A stretch of 64,000 nt of DNA, taken from the NCBI GenBank assembly GCA_963842525.1, contig CAWJGT010000003.1:1728001-1792000 (forward strand). Reading direction: 5' to 3'. The notes beneath the pieces were generated by a model. The model was not told the origin of the DNA. It saw only the letters and a program-made list of their open reading frames with translations, and did no database searches. The translations under genes and the position numbers were made by a program. Each line of letters starts with the position of its first letter. The stretch's first letter is position 1. This document shows positions 33,087-45,154 of the stretch, in pieces. Origin of the DNA: an uncultured Holophagales bacterium. Its GTDB lineage: Bacteria > Acidobacteriota > Thermoanaerobaculia > Multivoradales > UBA5704.

Positions 33087-35038
33087 CCCAGCCGCGCCAC
33101 GAGCGACCAGACCTCGCCGAAAACCGGATGCAGATCCGCGGCGAGACCCAACTCCAGACGCTCGCGGGCCGGCTTCAGGGGATCGTCGCCGGCCGGGGAA
33201 AGCTCCGGCCAGCGCAGCTCCAGACGGTTGAGGCCGGGCCGCAGCGGCTCGCGAGGAACGCGAACGACGGTCCGCGTCCAGCGCTCGCCGGCCGGGGCGC
33301 GGCCGACCGCCCTGCCGTTGACGAAGACTTCCACCTCGCCGTGGCGGTCCGCCAGCCGGACCGTCAGCTCCAGCTCGACCTCGGCGGCCCCGTCACAGAT
33401 CAGGCAGAAGGTGGACACCGGCCACGGGGACCGGTAGGTGGCCCGGCGGGGCGTGTCCTCGTGGTCCATGACCTCGGGGTAGAAGCGCTCCAGCGGCTCC
33501 CAGAGGTATGGCGGACGGGCAAGATCAGTCCCCTCCTGGCGGATCGCGTGGTGCTCCAGGAGCTTCCGGGTGATGGTGTCGCGGACCGGCCGGCTGCGGC
33601 GCTCCAGGACGTTGCAGATCGCCTCGATCAGGTCCGCGTCGAGGTGGTCCCACCGCCAGCCGTGCTGGAGCGAGAGGCGGTAGGGCGAAGCGAGATTGCG
33701 CTGCTGGGCTTCCGTGAGGACGGCGGGGCATGGGGCGGCGCGGGCCTCGATCAGGTCGAGCATCGCCGCTTCGATCCCGGGGGAGGCGTCGAGCGCCGCT
33801 TCGCACCAGTGCTCCAGGATTGGTGCCTTGGGTCCCACGGTGAGCAGCCGGTGGGCGCAGTGGATGGCTGCTCCCAGCTTGGCCGTGGCGTCCGCCTCGG
33901 GAGAGAGGCTCGGGACAGGATGGGCCAGCAGGGTCCGCCAGTCCGGCGCGTTGTCCACCATCCCCGACAGGTCCAGGACCCGGGCGGCCACGGCGGCCAT
34001 GGCCACGTGCATCCCTTCGACGGTCAGGTGGCAGTAGTCGAGGAAAAGGCGGCGGTCCGGCAGCGTCGAGCCCGTGTGCTCCGCGAACCCCCCGGGGAGG
34101 TCCACCAGGAAGGACCCATGCCGGCAGGCCGCTTGGCGCAGGATCTCCTGAGCCTCGGTCGTTGCCTGGGGCGCGCTCAGGAAAGCGAGATTGGCATAGC
34201 GGGCGCTGTCCACCTCGACCCGGCAAGCCTCGGCGGTGCCGAGGAGATCCCCAAGGCCCTGGCGCGCCCGGGCGAGCAGGCGCCAGGTGGAGGGGCAGGC
34301 TCCGCGGTCGAGGTCCAGCATCTTCCGTGCAACGGCGGCAGCCCCTTCCCAATCCTCTCGGGCCAGCCGCTCGACGGCATCCATATAGAAGGAATGCCAG
34401 CGGGCCGTCCGGTCTCCCGGGAGCCAGGCGACCGGCTGGCGGGTCTCCCAGTCCGCTAGGTTGACCTCCGGGAGCACGACCACGACGGGGATGCCGACTG
34501 TCCGCGCGAGCAGTGCGATCTCGTCGAGGGTCGCCTCGGCCGTGGCGCGGAGCTGCTCACGGGCGAGCCGGATAGGGCCTTCGATTCCTTCGCGGAGAGC
34601 CAGGGCATAGCGCTGCCGGGCCTGGACCGAGGGGACGTACGGGGAGACCTCCGGCGTCTCGAGCAGGTTCCAGTTGTTGCCCACGAAGAGGACCAGGACG
34701 TCCGGGTTGATCTGCAGCGACGCCCGGACAGTAGCGCGAAGGCCGGCGAGCGTCTCGTTGGTGCGGGCGAGGTCGATCACCTCGAAATTGCCCTCCCCAC
34801 CGGCGGCCCGGAGCTGCGCTTCGAGCACCTGCGCCGGGGTCAGAGTGGGGGCGTAGAGGTATCCGGCGGCGACCGACTCGCCGAAGAATGCGACCCGCAG
34901 CGGCAGCTCGGATTTCTTGGGACGGAGGACCTCCCGCGTTGCGTAGTGGTCCCCGAACGGCCCGGGGTCCGGACGGACGAAGGCGAGCTCTCCGTCGATC
35001 TGCTGCGGCTGCCAGATGCTGATGGGGTGAGGGCTCAT
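33032..35038 (-). CDS. Hypothetical SGNH-hydrolase-like protein with a TPR-like insert, coupled to the carbamoyltransferase
   Basis: VAFFGESVAAG (block I-like), VGNN, FLDYCHL (DxxH); start overlaps the upstream stop. Confidence 0.6.
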   Translation of the reverse strand: MSPHPISIWQPQQIDGELAFVRPDPGPFGDHYATREVLRPKKSELPLRVAFFGESVAAGYLYAPTLTPAQVLEAQLRAAGGEGNFEVIDLARTNETLAGLRATVRASLQINPDVLVLFVGNNWNLLETPEVSPYVPSVQARQRYALALREGIEGPIRLAREQLRATAEATLDEIALLARTVGIPVVVVLPEVNLADWETRQPVAWLPGDRTARWHSFYMDAVERLAREDWEGAAAVARKMLDLDRGACPSTWRLLARARQGLGDLLGTAEACRVEVDSARYANLAFLSAPQATTEAQEILRQAACRHGSFLVDLPGGFAEHTGSTLPDRRLFLDYCHLTVEGMHVAMAAVAARVLDLSGMVDNAPDWRTLLAHPVPSLSPEADATAKLGAAIHCAHRLLTVGPKAPILEHWCEAALDASPGIEAAMLDLIEARAAPCPAVLTEAQQRNLASPYRLSLQHGWRWDHLDADLIEAICNVLERRSRPVRDTITRKLLEHHAIRQEGTDLARPPYLWEPLERFYPEVMDHEDTPRRATYRSPWPVSTFCLICDGAAEVELELTVRLADRHGEVEVFVNGRAVGRAPAGERWTRTVVRVPREPLRPGLNRLELRWPELSPAGDDPLKPARERLELGLAADLHPVFGEVWSLVARLGQISPGQKRAISSNRSKS

Positions 35039-36775
35039 ACGAACGTATACAGGTCCTCGCTGATCGCCCGCCCGCTCGCGAGCGGCCTCTGGCGCCAGGC
35101 ATCGAGCAATTCGGGCCAGCTCGGCGGCAGGATCGCGCGATCGATCACGAAGTCCTCAAGGACCAGGCAGTCGATCCCGGACGTGCCGAGGCTGAAGAGG
35201 GCATCCACCGGGGTGCAGACGATCGGCTCGCCGGCCACATTGAAGGAGGTGTTGACCAGGAGCGGGCAGCCCGTCCGCCGGTGGAAGGCTTGAAGAAGAG
35301 CGGCGTAGCGGGGGGAATTCGCGGGATCGACCGTCTGCGGGCGCGCCGAGCCGTCCACGTGGGTGATGGCCGGCAGGTCGAGCGGCGAGATGACGGCGCA
35401 GGTCTCCAGCATGAACGGCGAGGGGTGATCGAGGTCGAAATGCTCCCCCGCATGGCTCGCCAGGACGCTGGGGGCGAAGGGACGGAAGGCCTCCCGCTTC
35501 TTGACCAGGCGGTTGAGCCGGTCGCGCATGCCGGGGTCGCGCGGGTCGGCGAGCAGGCTGCGCGCGCCGAGAGCCCGGGGGCCGAGCTCCATGGCGCCGT
35601 GGAACCAGCCGACGACCTGCCCCTGGACGAGTCGGTCTACCACGGCTTCGAGAAGGTCCGATCTCCCGGCCGCGGAAGTCCAGCGCGGGAAGACCGGTGG
35701 CGGCGAGGAGGCCGGCGATCTCGTCCGCCTGCCAGCGGGGACCCAGATAGACCTGCTGCTGCGGTCCGGTCGCGGGCCGCTCGCCGGTCCGTTCGATCCA
35801 GGCGAGAGCGGCGGCGCCGAGGCAGCCGCCCGAGTCGCCGGCCGCCGGCTGCACGAAGAGCCGCTCGAAAGGCCCCTCCCGCAGGATCCGCCCATTGGCC
35901 ACCACATTGAGGGCCACTCCGCCGGCCATGCAGAGATCGGAGAGCCCGGTCCGGCCGTGCAGCCAGCGGACCTTCTCCAGGAGGATCTCCTCCAGGACCA
36001 CCTGGAGGCTGCGGGCGACGTCCTTGTGGTGTTGTCCGATCTCGGCTCCACGCGGCCGTGGCGGGGCGCCGAACAGGTCGCACAGCTCCGGCGAGAACAT
36101 CCGCCGGCCGCGCACGAAATCGAAGAAGGAGAGATCGAGCTCGTACTGTCCCTCCGGACCCGACCAGACCAGGGTCCGCACCGCGTCCACGAACCGCGGC
36201 TCGCCATAGGGGGCGAGCCCCATCACCTTGTACTCGCCGTCGTTGACCGCGAAGCCGAGGTAGGAGGTGATCGTGGAATAGAGAAGCCCCAGCGAATGGG
36301 GGAAATCCACCTCCTCGAACCTCTCCAGCGCCGTCCCCCGTCCTGTCCCGTAGGTCGTGGTTGCCCATTCGCCCACGCCGTCGACGGTCAGCACGGCGGC
36401 CGCGTCGAATCCCGAGAAGAAGAAGGCGCTCGCGGCGTGGGAGGCGTGATGGTCGAAGAACCGGATCGGCCCCTCATAGCCGAGCCCTTCGCGGATCATC
36501 CGTTCGGGCAGCCCGGGATCGCCGCATTCCGGCGTCCCGGCCCAGAGCTGGCGGGAGAGCTTGCGGACCGGATCCTCGTAGTAGGCGAGGACGTCGATGT
36601 CGACGATCCCGATCCCGCCTGACTCCAGGCAGAACCGGAACGCGGAGACGGGGAGCCGCGGGTCGTGCTTGACCCGCGAAAACCGTTCCTCCTCCGCAGC
36701 CGCCACCAGCCGCCCGTCCTGGATCAGGCAGCAGGCCGATTCGTGGAAGAAGGCCGAGAGGCCGACGATGTTCAC
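35035..36775 (-). CDS. CmcH/NodU-family carbamoyltransferase; +1 frameshift near 35662
   Basis: EEERFSRVKH, HHASHAASAF, DGVGE, GEYKVMGLAPYG, AGGVALN, then GPRALGARS, KKREAFRPFAP, HVDGSARPQ, NTSFN. Confidence 0.92.
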
Positions 36776-36826
36776 GGTGCGGATGCTACAACGCCCGTCG
36801 CAGCATCCTGCCACCAGGCAGCAGGG

Positions 36827-39800
36827 TCACCGCCCCGCCGGCTGAGCCTGCGCTGTCCTGCCCAGCGCCTCCAGGCGCCGGCGGGCCAGGGCGTGGGTCG
36901 AGGTGGCCCCGTTTTCCCGCGGGCCCGGTGCCTGGACCTTGTCATAGCAGCGGCGGGCCACGTCCGGCAGGCCATAGTGCTCGGCGAGACGGCCGAGGAC
37001 ATACCAGTCGGACGAGCCGGGCTCTTCGTCGGCCTGGGTTTCGAGGGCCTGGAGGAGGATGCGGTAGGCCTCCGCCGTCCGCCCGGTCTCGGCGTAGAGG
37101 GAGGCCAAGGTGTGCAGGCTGCCATAGTCGGTGTACTGGGAGAGCGTCGCGGCCCGCTGGGCCCTCTCGATGGCCTGGTCGTCCACCCGGCCCTGCACCA
37201 GGGCCAGCCAGGCCAGGCTGTTGTAGTCCGTGGCGGTGGCCCGGCCCGCGTCCACCAGGTGGACGAGCTTCTGCTCGGCGCTCTCGAAGTCCCGCTTGCG
37301 CTCGTCCATATCGGACAGGATGCGCAGGGCCAGGGCATCATCCGGATCTCGCTGCCGGCGCTCCTCGGCCAGGCGGCCGGCTTCGTCCCAGTGGTCGGCC
37401 ATGACCAGACCCGCGGTGGCGAGTGTGAAGGCGTGCTGCGAGGTGGGGGCGGAGGAGAGGAGCTGTTGCGCCAGGGCGGACAGATCGTCGAGCCTGCCGA
37501 GGCCGCGCAGGGCATGGGCGAGCGCCACGTCCAGAGCCGTCCTCTGTGCCTCTCCCGCCTTCTCCCGGCAGGCGCGCAGCAGGTCGGCGGTGGCAGGGAC
37601 CGCCGAGTCCTCGGCCATCAGGCTGGCGGCGGCGCAGCGGACCTCGTCGGCTCCGGTCTGCGCGCCGCGCTTCCAGAGCGCCAGAAAGGGCACCACCGGG
37701 AGGGGATCGTCGTCCGATTTCTTGCCGGACAGCAGCTCGTGCGCCCAATCCAGCCACTGCCGGGCTCCGGGCAGGAGGCCGGCGTCGAGCAGGCGCAGAG
37801 CCTCATGGCCGAGGCGCCCCGGGTTGGTCTGAAAGGCGGTGATCCGGTACTGCCCGTCCTCCCGGATGACGAAGATCACCATCTCCGCAGGGCCCTGCCC
37901 GAACGAGTTGACGAGCCGGACCCGATAGCCGATCGTGTCGTCTCCGCTCACGTTGTCGCGGAAGGCGGCGACGCCGAGATCCGTGGCAACGTCCAACGGC
38001 ACGTCGTTCACGTTGAGCTGCCGGCGTTTGGCGCCGATCTCCTGCGCGATCAGGCCGGACACCTGGTCCGGATGCGCCTGGATTTCCTTGGCGAGGTCGC
38101 GGGCGAGAAGGGGGGCGAGGCTCCCGGCATCGAGGCTGCCCGAGGCACCCACGATCATCAGCCGTTTGACCACGCTCGCCGGCTGCGATGCAGGGAGATC
38201 GAGCTCCTCGTGCTTCTTCACCCGGTGCAGCAGCTCGACGCGCGCGAGCAGGGCGGCGGCGTTGGTAGAAAGCCGGCTCGCCCGGTCGAGCAGGGCGGCA
38301 GCCTCCGGATAACGGCGGACCATGAGGAGGTTCTGCGCCGCGTCGGAGAGGGCCTGCATCCGCTGCTCGCCGTCCTGGAGGCTGCGCTCGGCGTCGCGCA
38401 CCGCGCTGTCCGGGCCGTCGAGCACGGCCGTGGCCGCCAGCCGCAGCATGCGCCGGGTGTCCGTCTCCTCGATCTCGGCGAGGAGCTCGCGCAGCTCCGC
38501 GAAACGGCCCGCCCGCAGGAGAGCCGCTGCCAGATTGTCGTCCATGAAGTCGGCCTCGAGGTCCTGCCGCAGCTTCTTGTACTCGTCGATGGCGGCGGCG
38601 AGGTCGGACGTAGGGCTGTAGCGGCGGCCCTGGGCGTCGTACTCCAGGAGGATGGCCAGATCGGCGCGGGAGACGTCGTCGTTCGGGTCGAGCTCGACGG
38701 CCTTGCGGAAGGCGGCGAGGGAGGCGCTTGCGGTCCCAGCCCTTGCCGAAACGCCGCCCGAGGGCGTCGTGCTGCAGGATCCAGCCGAGGCTGTGATGCG
38801 CGGAGGCCGAGCCGGGCTCCCGCCGCACCGCCTCGCGGGCCTCGCGAAGCGCCTCCTCGCCGAGGCCGCCGACGAGCAGGGCGCGCATGATGCGGTTGCG
38901 TGGCAGCGCCTCGCCGGGAGCCGCCGCGGCGAGGCGCTGGAACTCCTGGAGCGCCTCCCGCACCCGGCCGGCCGCGAGATGGCTCTCGCCCACCTGGTCG
39001 AAGAAGAGGAGGACCGCCTTCTCGCCCAGGACCTCCTGCACGCCGGTGCGCAGGGAGTAGAACTCCTGCGGCGACAGGCGCGGCCGGGCCACCGCGAGTT
39101 GGACCGCAGCGTTGACCACCCCTGAATCCTCCGCCGAGTAAGCCTCGCTCAGCGTGACCGGGCCCCAGGTGCGCTGGCGGAAAGCCGGCATCGGCTGCCG
39201 CGGCACGAATCCGGCCGGCGGCACCACGCGGTAGCGCATCTCGGCCTGGAAGGGGCGGGTGAAGACGTAGTCGGACCGGCGGGGCGCCGGCTCTTCGTCG
39301 TCCTCCTCGTCTCCGGTCTCCGTGAAGACCTCGGGCAGGCGGTCGAGCAGGTCGGAAGGGAAGACGGCCACCACGGCGTCAGTGACCTCGGTCTGGCCGC
39401 GCTGGATCCCGGTCGCCTCCAGGCGCAGCTCCAGGGGCATCGAGAGGTCCCCGAGGTCCGAATGTTGCAGCTCGGCGAGGTCCTTGGCGCCGTATTCGGA
39501 CTTCACGTAGTCGGCGAGGCTGCTGCGCAGCGCCTCCGGCTCCTCGGCCGCGTACCAGGACCGCAGGTCGCGCTCGGTCGCTCCCTGATAGGACGTCGTC
39601 TCGACCACGCGGGCGGGGCCGAGCTCGGCGAGGAAGACCTCCCGCGTCTCGACCTCGCGGTTGTCGGCCGCGGTGGCCTCGGGGGTGCGCACCAGCCCCG
39701 TCGCGGTGGGGCTGGCCACGAGGGCCAGCCGGCCCTGGTCCTCGACCGGCAGGACGCCGGCCCGCGCATAGGGATCGGTGGGGTCGATCCAGACCGCGGG

Positions 39801-41000
39801 ATTGCCCGGCACGACCACGATGGCATGGTTGAAGGCGCCCAGGCCGGGGAGGGAGTCCTCGACGTCCTGCTGGTCCTCGCCCGCCGAGAGGAGAGCCACA
39901 TAGGCGGGGATGTCCGAGGCGCGCAGCATGGCCACCAGCAGCACCGCCTTGTCCTTGCAGTCGCCGAACTTGCGCCGCAGGACCTCGGCCGGGGTGCGCG
40001 GGACGAGCCCCCCTTCGCCCAGCTCGACGCCGGTATAGCGGACCTCGTCGGCGAGCTTGCGCAGGTAGAGGTCCATGGTCTCGAGCTGCGACCCGGCGGG
40101 ACCGCCGGTGGCGCGGAGGAAGGCCTGCAGGTCCGAGCCCTGGATCGCGCGGTCGACGATCTCGGCATAGCGCCGCGCGATCTCGGCCCACGACGAGCCG
40201 GTGGAGAAGGCGATGTAGGGCGACCGGGGCGTATCGGCCGGCAGGCCGGGCTCGGGGGCCGTGACGGGCGCGAGCTCGCGCGCCTCGAAGGTGAGGCGCC
40301 GCCGGCCGCCGGCCGTCTCCTCGCGGGGCGTCGCTGCGGGCGGGAGGCGGGAGACCCAACGCAGCGGCGTGCCGGCGGGCGCTTCCAGGACGAGGCGGGC
40401 GAGCCGCACCGGCAGCGACATGGGCAGGGTGTGGTAACGCACGGTCCCGCGGTCGAAGAACGGCGCCGTCTCGCGGACCACGACCTCCTGCTCGACGATG
40501 GACCCGGCGCGGATCGCCGGCAGCGGCGCGCGCAGGACGCGGCCGTCCTCGAACATGTCGGGCGCCTCGGCGGCCTCGGCGTTCTCCGTGATGGTCGACG
40601 GATCGAGCGCGTGCTCGGCTCCGTCGGGGGTGATCACGCGCGCCCGCATCCGCGGCCTCTCCTGGTGCCAGGGAGACCAGCGCTCCTCGACCGCCGACCA
40701 GCTCTCGTGCGCCGAGGTGCTGGCGACGCGGTAGACCAGCCGGTAAGTGTAGGTCTCGCGGCCCGCCTCGTCGTATTCGTAGCGCGCCTCGGAGAGCAGA
40801 ACGGCCACCCCTCCTTCGCTCGCCGGCACGCCCGCGGCGGCCTGGGCCATGGCGGCCGGGGAGGCGCTGAAGACTGGGCCATCCCAGGGCTCGCCGGCCG
40901 GAGCCGCGCGGCCTTCCCCGGGGAGCGCAATGGCGACCAGGACTGCGGCGAGGACGGCGCAGGGGAGCCTACGGCAGGCGGCGCGAACGGGGCACGGCAT
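36827..41000 (-). CDS. Secreted DUF3857 / transglutaminase-like / TPR protein; +1 frameshift near 38726
   Basis: Signal peptide, GDCKDKA..FNHAI..WIDPT catalytic triad, many TPRs continuing in the shifted frame (AAFRKAVELDP). Confidence 0.85.
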
Positions 41001-41219
41001 GGTCTCTCCTTCGAATAGGGCTTTAGGAAGCAGGCGGAGGGTCATGAGAATCGTACCACGCGAGGCGGAGCGGGCCGGCGGATGGTGTACACTCTTCGGG
41101 CTTCTCTGAGCTGACAGGAAGTGACGAACAGCAGATCCGACCTTGTCTTCATACCCGCCCCTGTCCACCCCCGGCCCCGGCAACAGTTCCGCAAGAACGG
41201 TCCCTACGGGAGAGATGTC

Positions 41220-43139
41220 ATGAGTGTTCGAAGCATTTCGCGGCGGGCCCTGCTCGCCACCCTCCTCGCCCTCCTATCCCTCGCGCCTCTCCAGGCCACC
41301 AGCTATGTCATGGTCTCCGACGAGGCCCTGGTCGATCAATCGGACTACGCCGTGGTGGCGCGGGTGATCGGGGTCGACGACTCGACCGTTACCGCGGGCG
41401 GGCTGTATACGGAATACGAGCTGGAGATCGAAGAGTCGCTCAAGGGCGACCTCCCCGGACGCACCGTCAAGGTGCGCGTCCCCGGCGGCGTGCTTCCGGA
41501 CCAGGGGATCGCGCTCAAGATCTACGGCGCGCCGAGGTTCGGCCAGGGAGAGCGGACGCTGCTCTTCCTCGAGCCGGATGGCCGCGGCGCCTACCGGCCG
41601 CAGCATTTCCTGCTCGGCGCCTTCCACGAGGTGCCGGCCGGTGATCGCCGGCTGGCGGTGCGGAGCCTGGCCGAGGCGCAGGAGCTCCGGCGCACGCCGG
41701 CCGGCGTCGAGGCGGTGCCGGCGGGCAGCGACCGGCTGCGCGATTTCGACTCCTTCGCCCGCTGGGTCGCGGCGCGCGCCGCGCATGGCGTGGCCGAGGC
41801 CGACTATCTGGTGAACGACCCGGACGGCCGGCTGCGCCAGATCGCCGGCAAGTTCACGGTGTTCACGGACCCGGAGCCCCCCCTCGGCGACGGTCTCGGG
41901 ATCCGCTGGTTCCAGTTCGACACCGCCGGCAACATCCCATGGCGGGCCTACAACCAGGGCCAGACAGGGCTCGACGGCGGCGGGTACCTGGCGTTCCAGA
42001 ACGCCCTCAAGGCCTGGAACAATGAGACCGGGACGCCGATCGACTACCGCTATCAGGGCAAAACCGCCGACCGCAGCGGCCTCGAGGAGCCGGACGACCT
42101 CAACACGATCGTCTTCAACGACCCCAACAACGAGCTGCCGAGCTTCAGTTGCAGCGCCGGGGGTGTCCTTGCGTATGGCGGCCCCTGGTATTTCGTCAGG
42201 ACCGAGAACTTCCGCGGCGTGCCCCACCATCCGATCGCGAGCGCGGACATCGTCATCAACAACGGCATCGGCTGTTTCTTCGCCGCGAGCCCCGACGCGG
42301 GCCTGGCGGCGCAGGAGCTCTTCGGCCACGAGCTCGGACACACCCTGGCCCTCGGCCATTCCTGCGGCGACTTCGACGGTCCCGATCCCGACTGCGAGAG
42401 CGTGCTCTTCGACGAGTCCCTGATGCGCGCCTTCGTCCACGACGACGGGCGCGGCGCCCTCCTCAACAGCGACGACCAGGCCGGCGTGCGGTCGCTCTAC
42501 AGCCAGGTACCTCCGGCTCCGACGGGGCTCACGGCCATTGCGCTCTCTACCACCTCGGTCCGGCTCAACTGGACGGACACCGCGACTGGCGAGATCGAGT
42601 ACCAGATCGAGGTCAAGCCCCTGGGTGGGAGCTTCACCCACGTCCTCACAGTCCCGGCGAACAGCACCACGGCCGATGTCCCAGGGCTGACCCCTGCGAC
42701 GAGCTACACCTTCCGCGTGCGTTCGCGCAACGCCAACGGGTTCTCGGCCTACTCCAACGAAGCGACCGTGGCCACGCTCGGGCCGGTCACTCCGTGCGTC
42801 GCCGACGCCAACACCCTCTGCCTGAACAACGGCCGCTTCAAGGTCCAGGTGGCCTGGAAGACCGGGACCGGGAACGGGGCAGGCTCGGTGGTGACCAGCG
42901 CCGCCGACTCGGGCCTCCTCTGGTTCTTCGACGTGAGCAACTGGGAGCTCCTCGTCAAGGTCCTCAACGGCTGCACGATCAACAACCGCTATTGGGTGTT
43001 CCTGGCGGCGACGACCGACGTCGAATACACGCTGACCGTGACCGACTCGCAGAATGGAGCGGTCAAGGTCTACTTCCATCCGCAGGGGCAGCCCGCGCAG
43101 TCCATTACGGACACCAGCGCGTTCGCGACCTGCCCATGA
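41220..43139 (+). CDS. Secreted M10/matrixin-like zinc metallopeptidase with FN3 and a Cys-flanked C-terminal domain
   Basis: HELGHTLALGH plus SLM Met-turn; FN3 (PPAPTGL...GLTPATSYTFRV); C-terminal LCLNNGRF...WFF...VKVLNGC..N..YWVF...AFATCP. Confidence 0.88.
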   Translation: MSVRSISRRALLATLLALLSLAPLQATSYVMVSDEALVDQSDYAVVARVIGVDDSTVTAGGLYTEYELEIEESLKGDLPGRTVKVRVPGGVLPDQGIALKIYGAPRFGQGERTLLFLEPDGRGAYRPQHFLLGAFHEVPAGDRRLAVRSLAEAQELRRTPAGVEAVPAGSDRLRDFDSFARWVAARAAHGVAEADYLVNDPDGRLRQIAGKFTVFTDPEPPLGDGLGIRWFQFDTAGNIPWRAYNQGQTGLDGGGYLAFQNALKAWNNETGTPIDYRYQGKTADRSGLEEPDDLNTIVFNDPNNELPSFSCSAGGVLAYGGPWYFVRTENFRGVPHHPIASADIVINNGIGCFFAASPDAGLAAQELFGHELGHTLALGHSCGDFDGPDPDCESVLFDESLMRAFVHDDGRGALLNSDDQAGVRSLYSQVPPAPTGLTAIALSTTSVRLNWTDTATGEIEYQIEVKPLGGSFTHVLTVPANSTTADVPGLTPATSYTFRVRSRNANGFSAYSNEATVATLGPVTPCVADANTLCLNNGRFKVQVAWKTGTGNGAGSVVTSAADSGLLWFFDVSNWELLVKVLNGCTINNRYWVFLAATTDVEYTLTVTDSQNGAVKVYFHPQGQPAQSITDTSAFATCP

Positions 43140-43356
43140 TGCGCGAGACCGGCGGGCCGTCCTTTGTCCTTCCGCGAGAGGCGGCCCGCCCGTTTGCCGG
43201 ATGCTTGAGCATCTGCTACTCTTTCAGCCACTTGATTCCAAGGCACGCCCTGTCCGTTGCGAGGCGGGTCGAGCTGCTGCCTTTCGGGGGAATCGTTGCA
43301 CCGACGCCCGGTGCTGGACAGAACACGGCCGCAGTGCGGCCAGGAGCGACAGGTAG

Positions 43357-43905
43357 ATGGGTAGAAGGCTTTTTGTCGGAAATTTGAATTTCAAGACCAC
43401 CAGCGAGGACCTCAAAGAGTTGTTCGGCGCGGCGGGAACCTGCGAATGGGCGACCGTCATGATGGACCGCGCCACAGGGAAGTCGCGCGGCTTCGGCTTC
43501 GTCGAGATGGGCACGGACGAAGAAGCCGTCAAGGCGATCGAGGAGATGAACAACCGGGAGTACCAGGGGCGCAACCTCAACGTGAACGAGGCGCGCGAAC
43601 GGACACCGGGCGGCGGCGGTGGCGGCGCCCCGCGCCCCGCGGGTGGCGGCTACGGTGGCGCCGGACGGAGCGAAGGCGGCGGCGGCAGCAACTACCGCGG
43701 CGGCGATTCGCGCCCGAGCTTCGGCGATATGGGCGGCGGTGGTGGCGATTGGGGCGGCGGTTTCGGGGGTGGAGGTGGTTTCGGAGGCGGCGGTGGATTC
43801 GGGGGCGGAGGAGGTGGCCGCTTCGGAGGTGGTGGTGGAGGTACCAAGCCCCGCAAGGAAGGCGGCAGCCGTCGTGGGCTGCGCGCCAAGAAACGCAGCC
43901 TGTAG
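43357..43905 (+). CDS. RRM RNA-binding protein with a Gly-rich tail
   Basis: RNP2 LFVGNL, RNP1 RGFGFVEM, VNEAR. Confidence 0.95.
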   Translation: MGRRLFVGNLNFKTTSEDLKELFGAAGTCEWATVMMDRATGKSRGFGFVEMGTDEEAVKAIEEMNNREYQGRNLNVNEARERTPGGGGGGAPRPAGGGYGGAGRSEGGGGSNYRGGDSRPSFGDMGGGGGDWGGGFGGGGGFGGGGGFGGGGGGRFGGGGGGTKPRKEGGSRRGLRAKKRSL

Positions 43906-43970
43906 TCCAACCGCAGGGTAGACCGGGATTGCGGATCTGGCATCCGATCCGGCGGGCGTGTACCCCGTCC

Positions 43971-45152
43971 TCAGAACAGATCGAACAGCAAGATACGCCC
44001 TTCGAGCGGGCCGTTCAGGACCGGGATGCGCCGGCGCGGGCGGAGGCCGATGTGCTTGCCGCGGTCCGCGCCGCCGGCCAGGATCACGGCCTGCCATCCC
44101 TTGAACCGCTGCTTGAGGAGGTCGCCCAGGGCGCGCCATCCCTCGACGCCCTTGGCTCCGGTGCCGATCCGCTCGCCGTGGGGTGGGTTGACCACCACCA
44201 GGCCGGGCCTCGCGGGGGGCTCGAAACGGAAAGCGTCTCCCTGCGTCAGGGTGGCCCGGTCGAGCACGCCCGCCTGCCTGAGGTTGGCGCGCGCGGCCCG
44301 CAGCGCCTCGGCCGAGCCGTCGTTGCCGAACAGGCGGATGTCCGGACCCGCTGCCCGGATCGGCTCCCGCCGGATCGCGGCGAAGGCGCCGGCGTCGTAG
44401 CCGGGCAGGCGCTGGAAGGCCCAGCTCTCGCGCAGATGGCCCGGCGCCAGCCCGAGGGCGATCCAGGCCGCTTCGACGAGGAGAGTCCCCGAGCCGCACA
44501 TGGGATCGACGACCGGTCCCCTCCCATCCCAGCCCGAGGCCAGGACGCAGGCCGCGGCAAGCTGCTCGCGGACCGGCGCCGTCGTGGTCACCGCGCGGTA
44601 GCCGCGCCGGTCGAGCGGCTCCCCCGAGGTGTCGAGCAGCAGGGTGGCCCGGTCCTGGACCAGGCGGACGCGCAGGTGCAGGTCCGGGTCCTCGCGGTCC
44701 ACCGAGGCCCGCCGGCCCCAGCGGTCGCGCTGGCCGTCGACCAGGCCGTCCTTGACCGACAGGGCGGCCCAACGGGTGTCGCGGATCTCCGAAGCCGTGC
44801 TGGTCGCCTGGATAGAGAAGCTGCGGTCCGGATGGAGCAGGATCCCCAGGTCGAGCCCGGGAGCGGCCTCGGGGGCCCGTCCCACGGCCAACCGCCGGCC
44901 GGTGATCATCTCCCGCGCCCCGGCCGCCAGCTCGCCGCCGTCCCGGCCGTCCCATGAACCCAGCTCCAAGAGCACCCGATTGGCGGTGCGCAGGCGCCAG
45001 TTGGCACGCCAGCAGTCCTCCCAGGTGCCGGCGAACGAGACCGCTCCCTTCTGAATATCTGGATCGGCGGCATCCAGGGCGCGCAGCTCGGAGGCGAGAA
45101 TCTCTTCGAGTCCCAGGACGCACGTGGCGACGAGGCGAAGCGAGGTAGTCAT
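43971..45152 (-). CDS. THUMP-domain SAM-dependent RNA methyltransferase (RlmL-like)
   Basis: GLEEILASEL, LRTANRV, DTSGEPLDRRGYR, DPMCGSGTL, VVNPPHGER. Confidence 0.9.
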   Translation of the reverse strand: MTTSLRLVATCVLGLEEILASELRALDAADPDIQKGAVSFAGTWEDCWRANWRLRTANRVLLELGSWDGRDGGELAAGAREMITGRRLAVGRAPEAAPGLDLGILLHPDRSFSIQATSTASEIRDTRWAALSVKDGLVDGQRDRWGRRASVDREDPDLHLRVRLVQDRATLLLDTSGEPLDRRGYRAVTTTAPVREQLAAACVLASGWDGRGPVVDPMCGSGTLLVEAAWIALGLAPGHLRESWAFQRLPGYDAGAFAAIRREPIRAAGPDIRLFGNDGSAEALRAARANLRQAGVLDRATLTQGDAFRFEPPARPGLVVVNPPHGERIGTGAKGVEGWRALGDLLKQRFKGWQAVILAGGADRGKHIGLRPRRRIPVLNGPLEGRILLFDLF

Positions 45153-45154
45153 CC

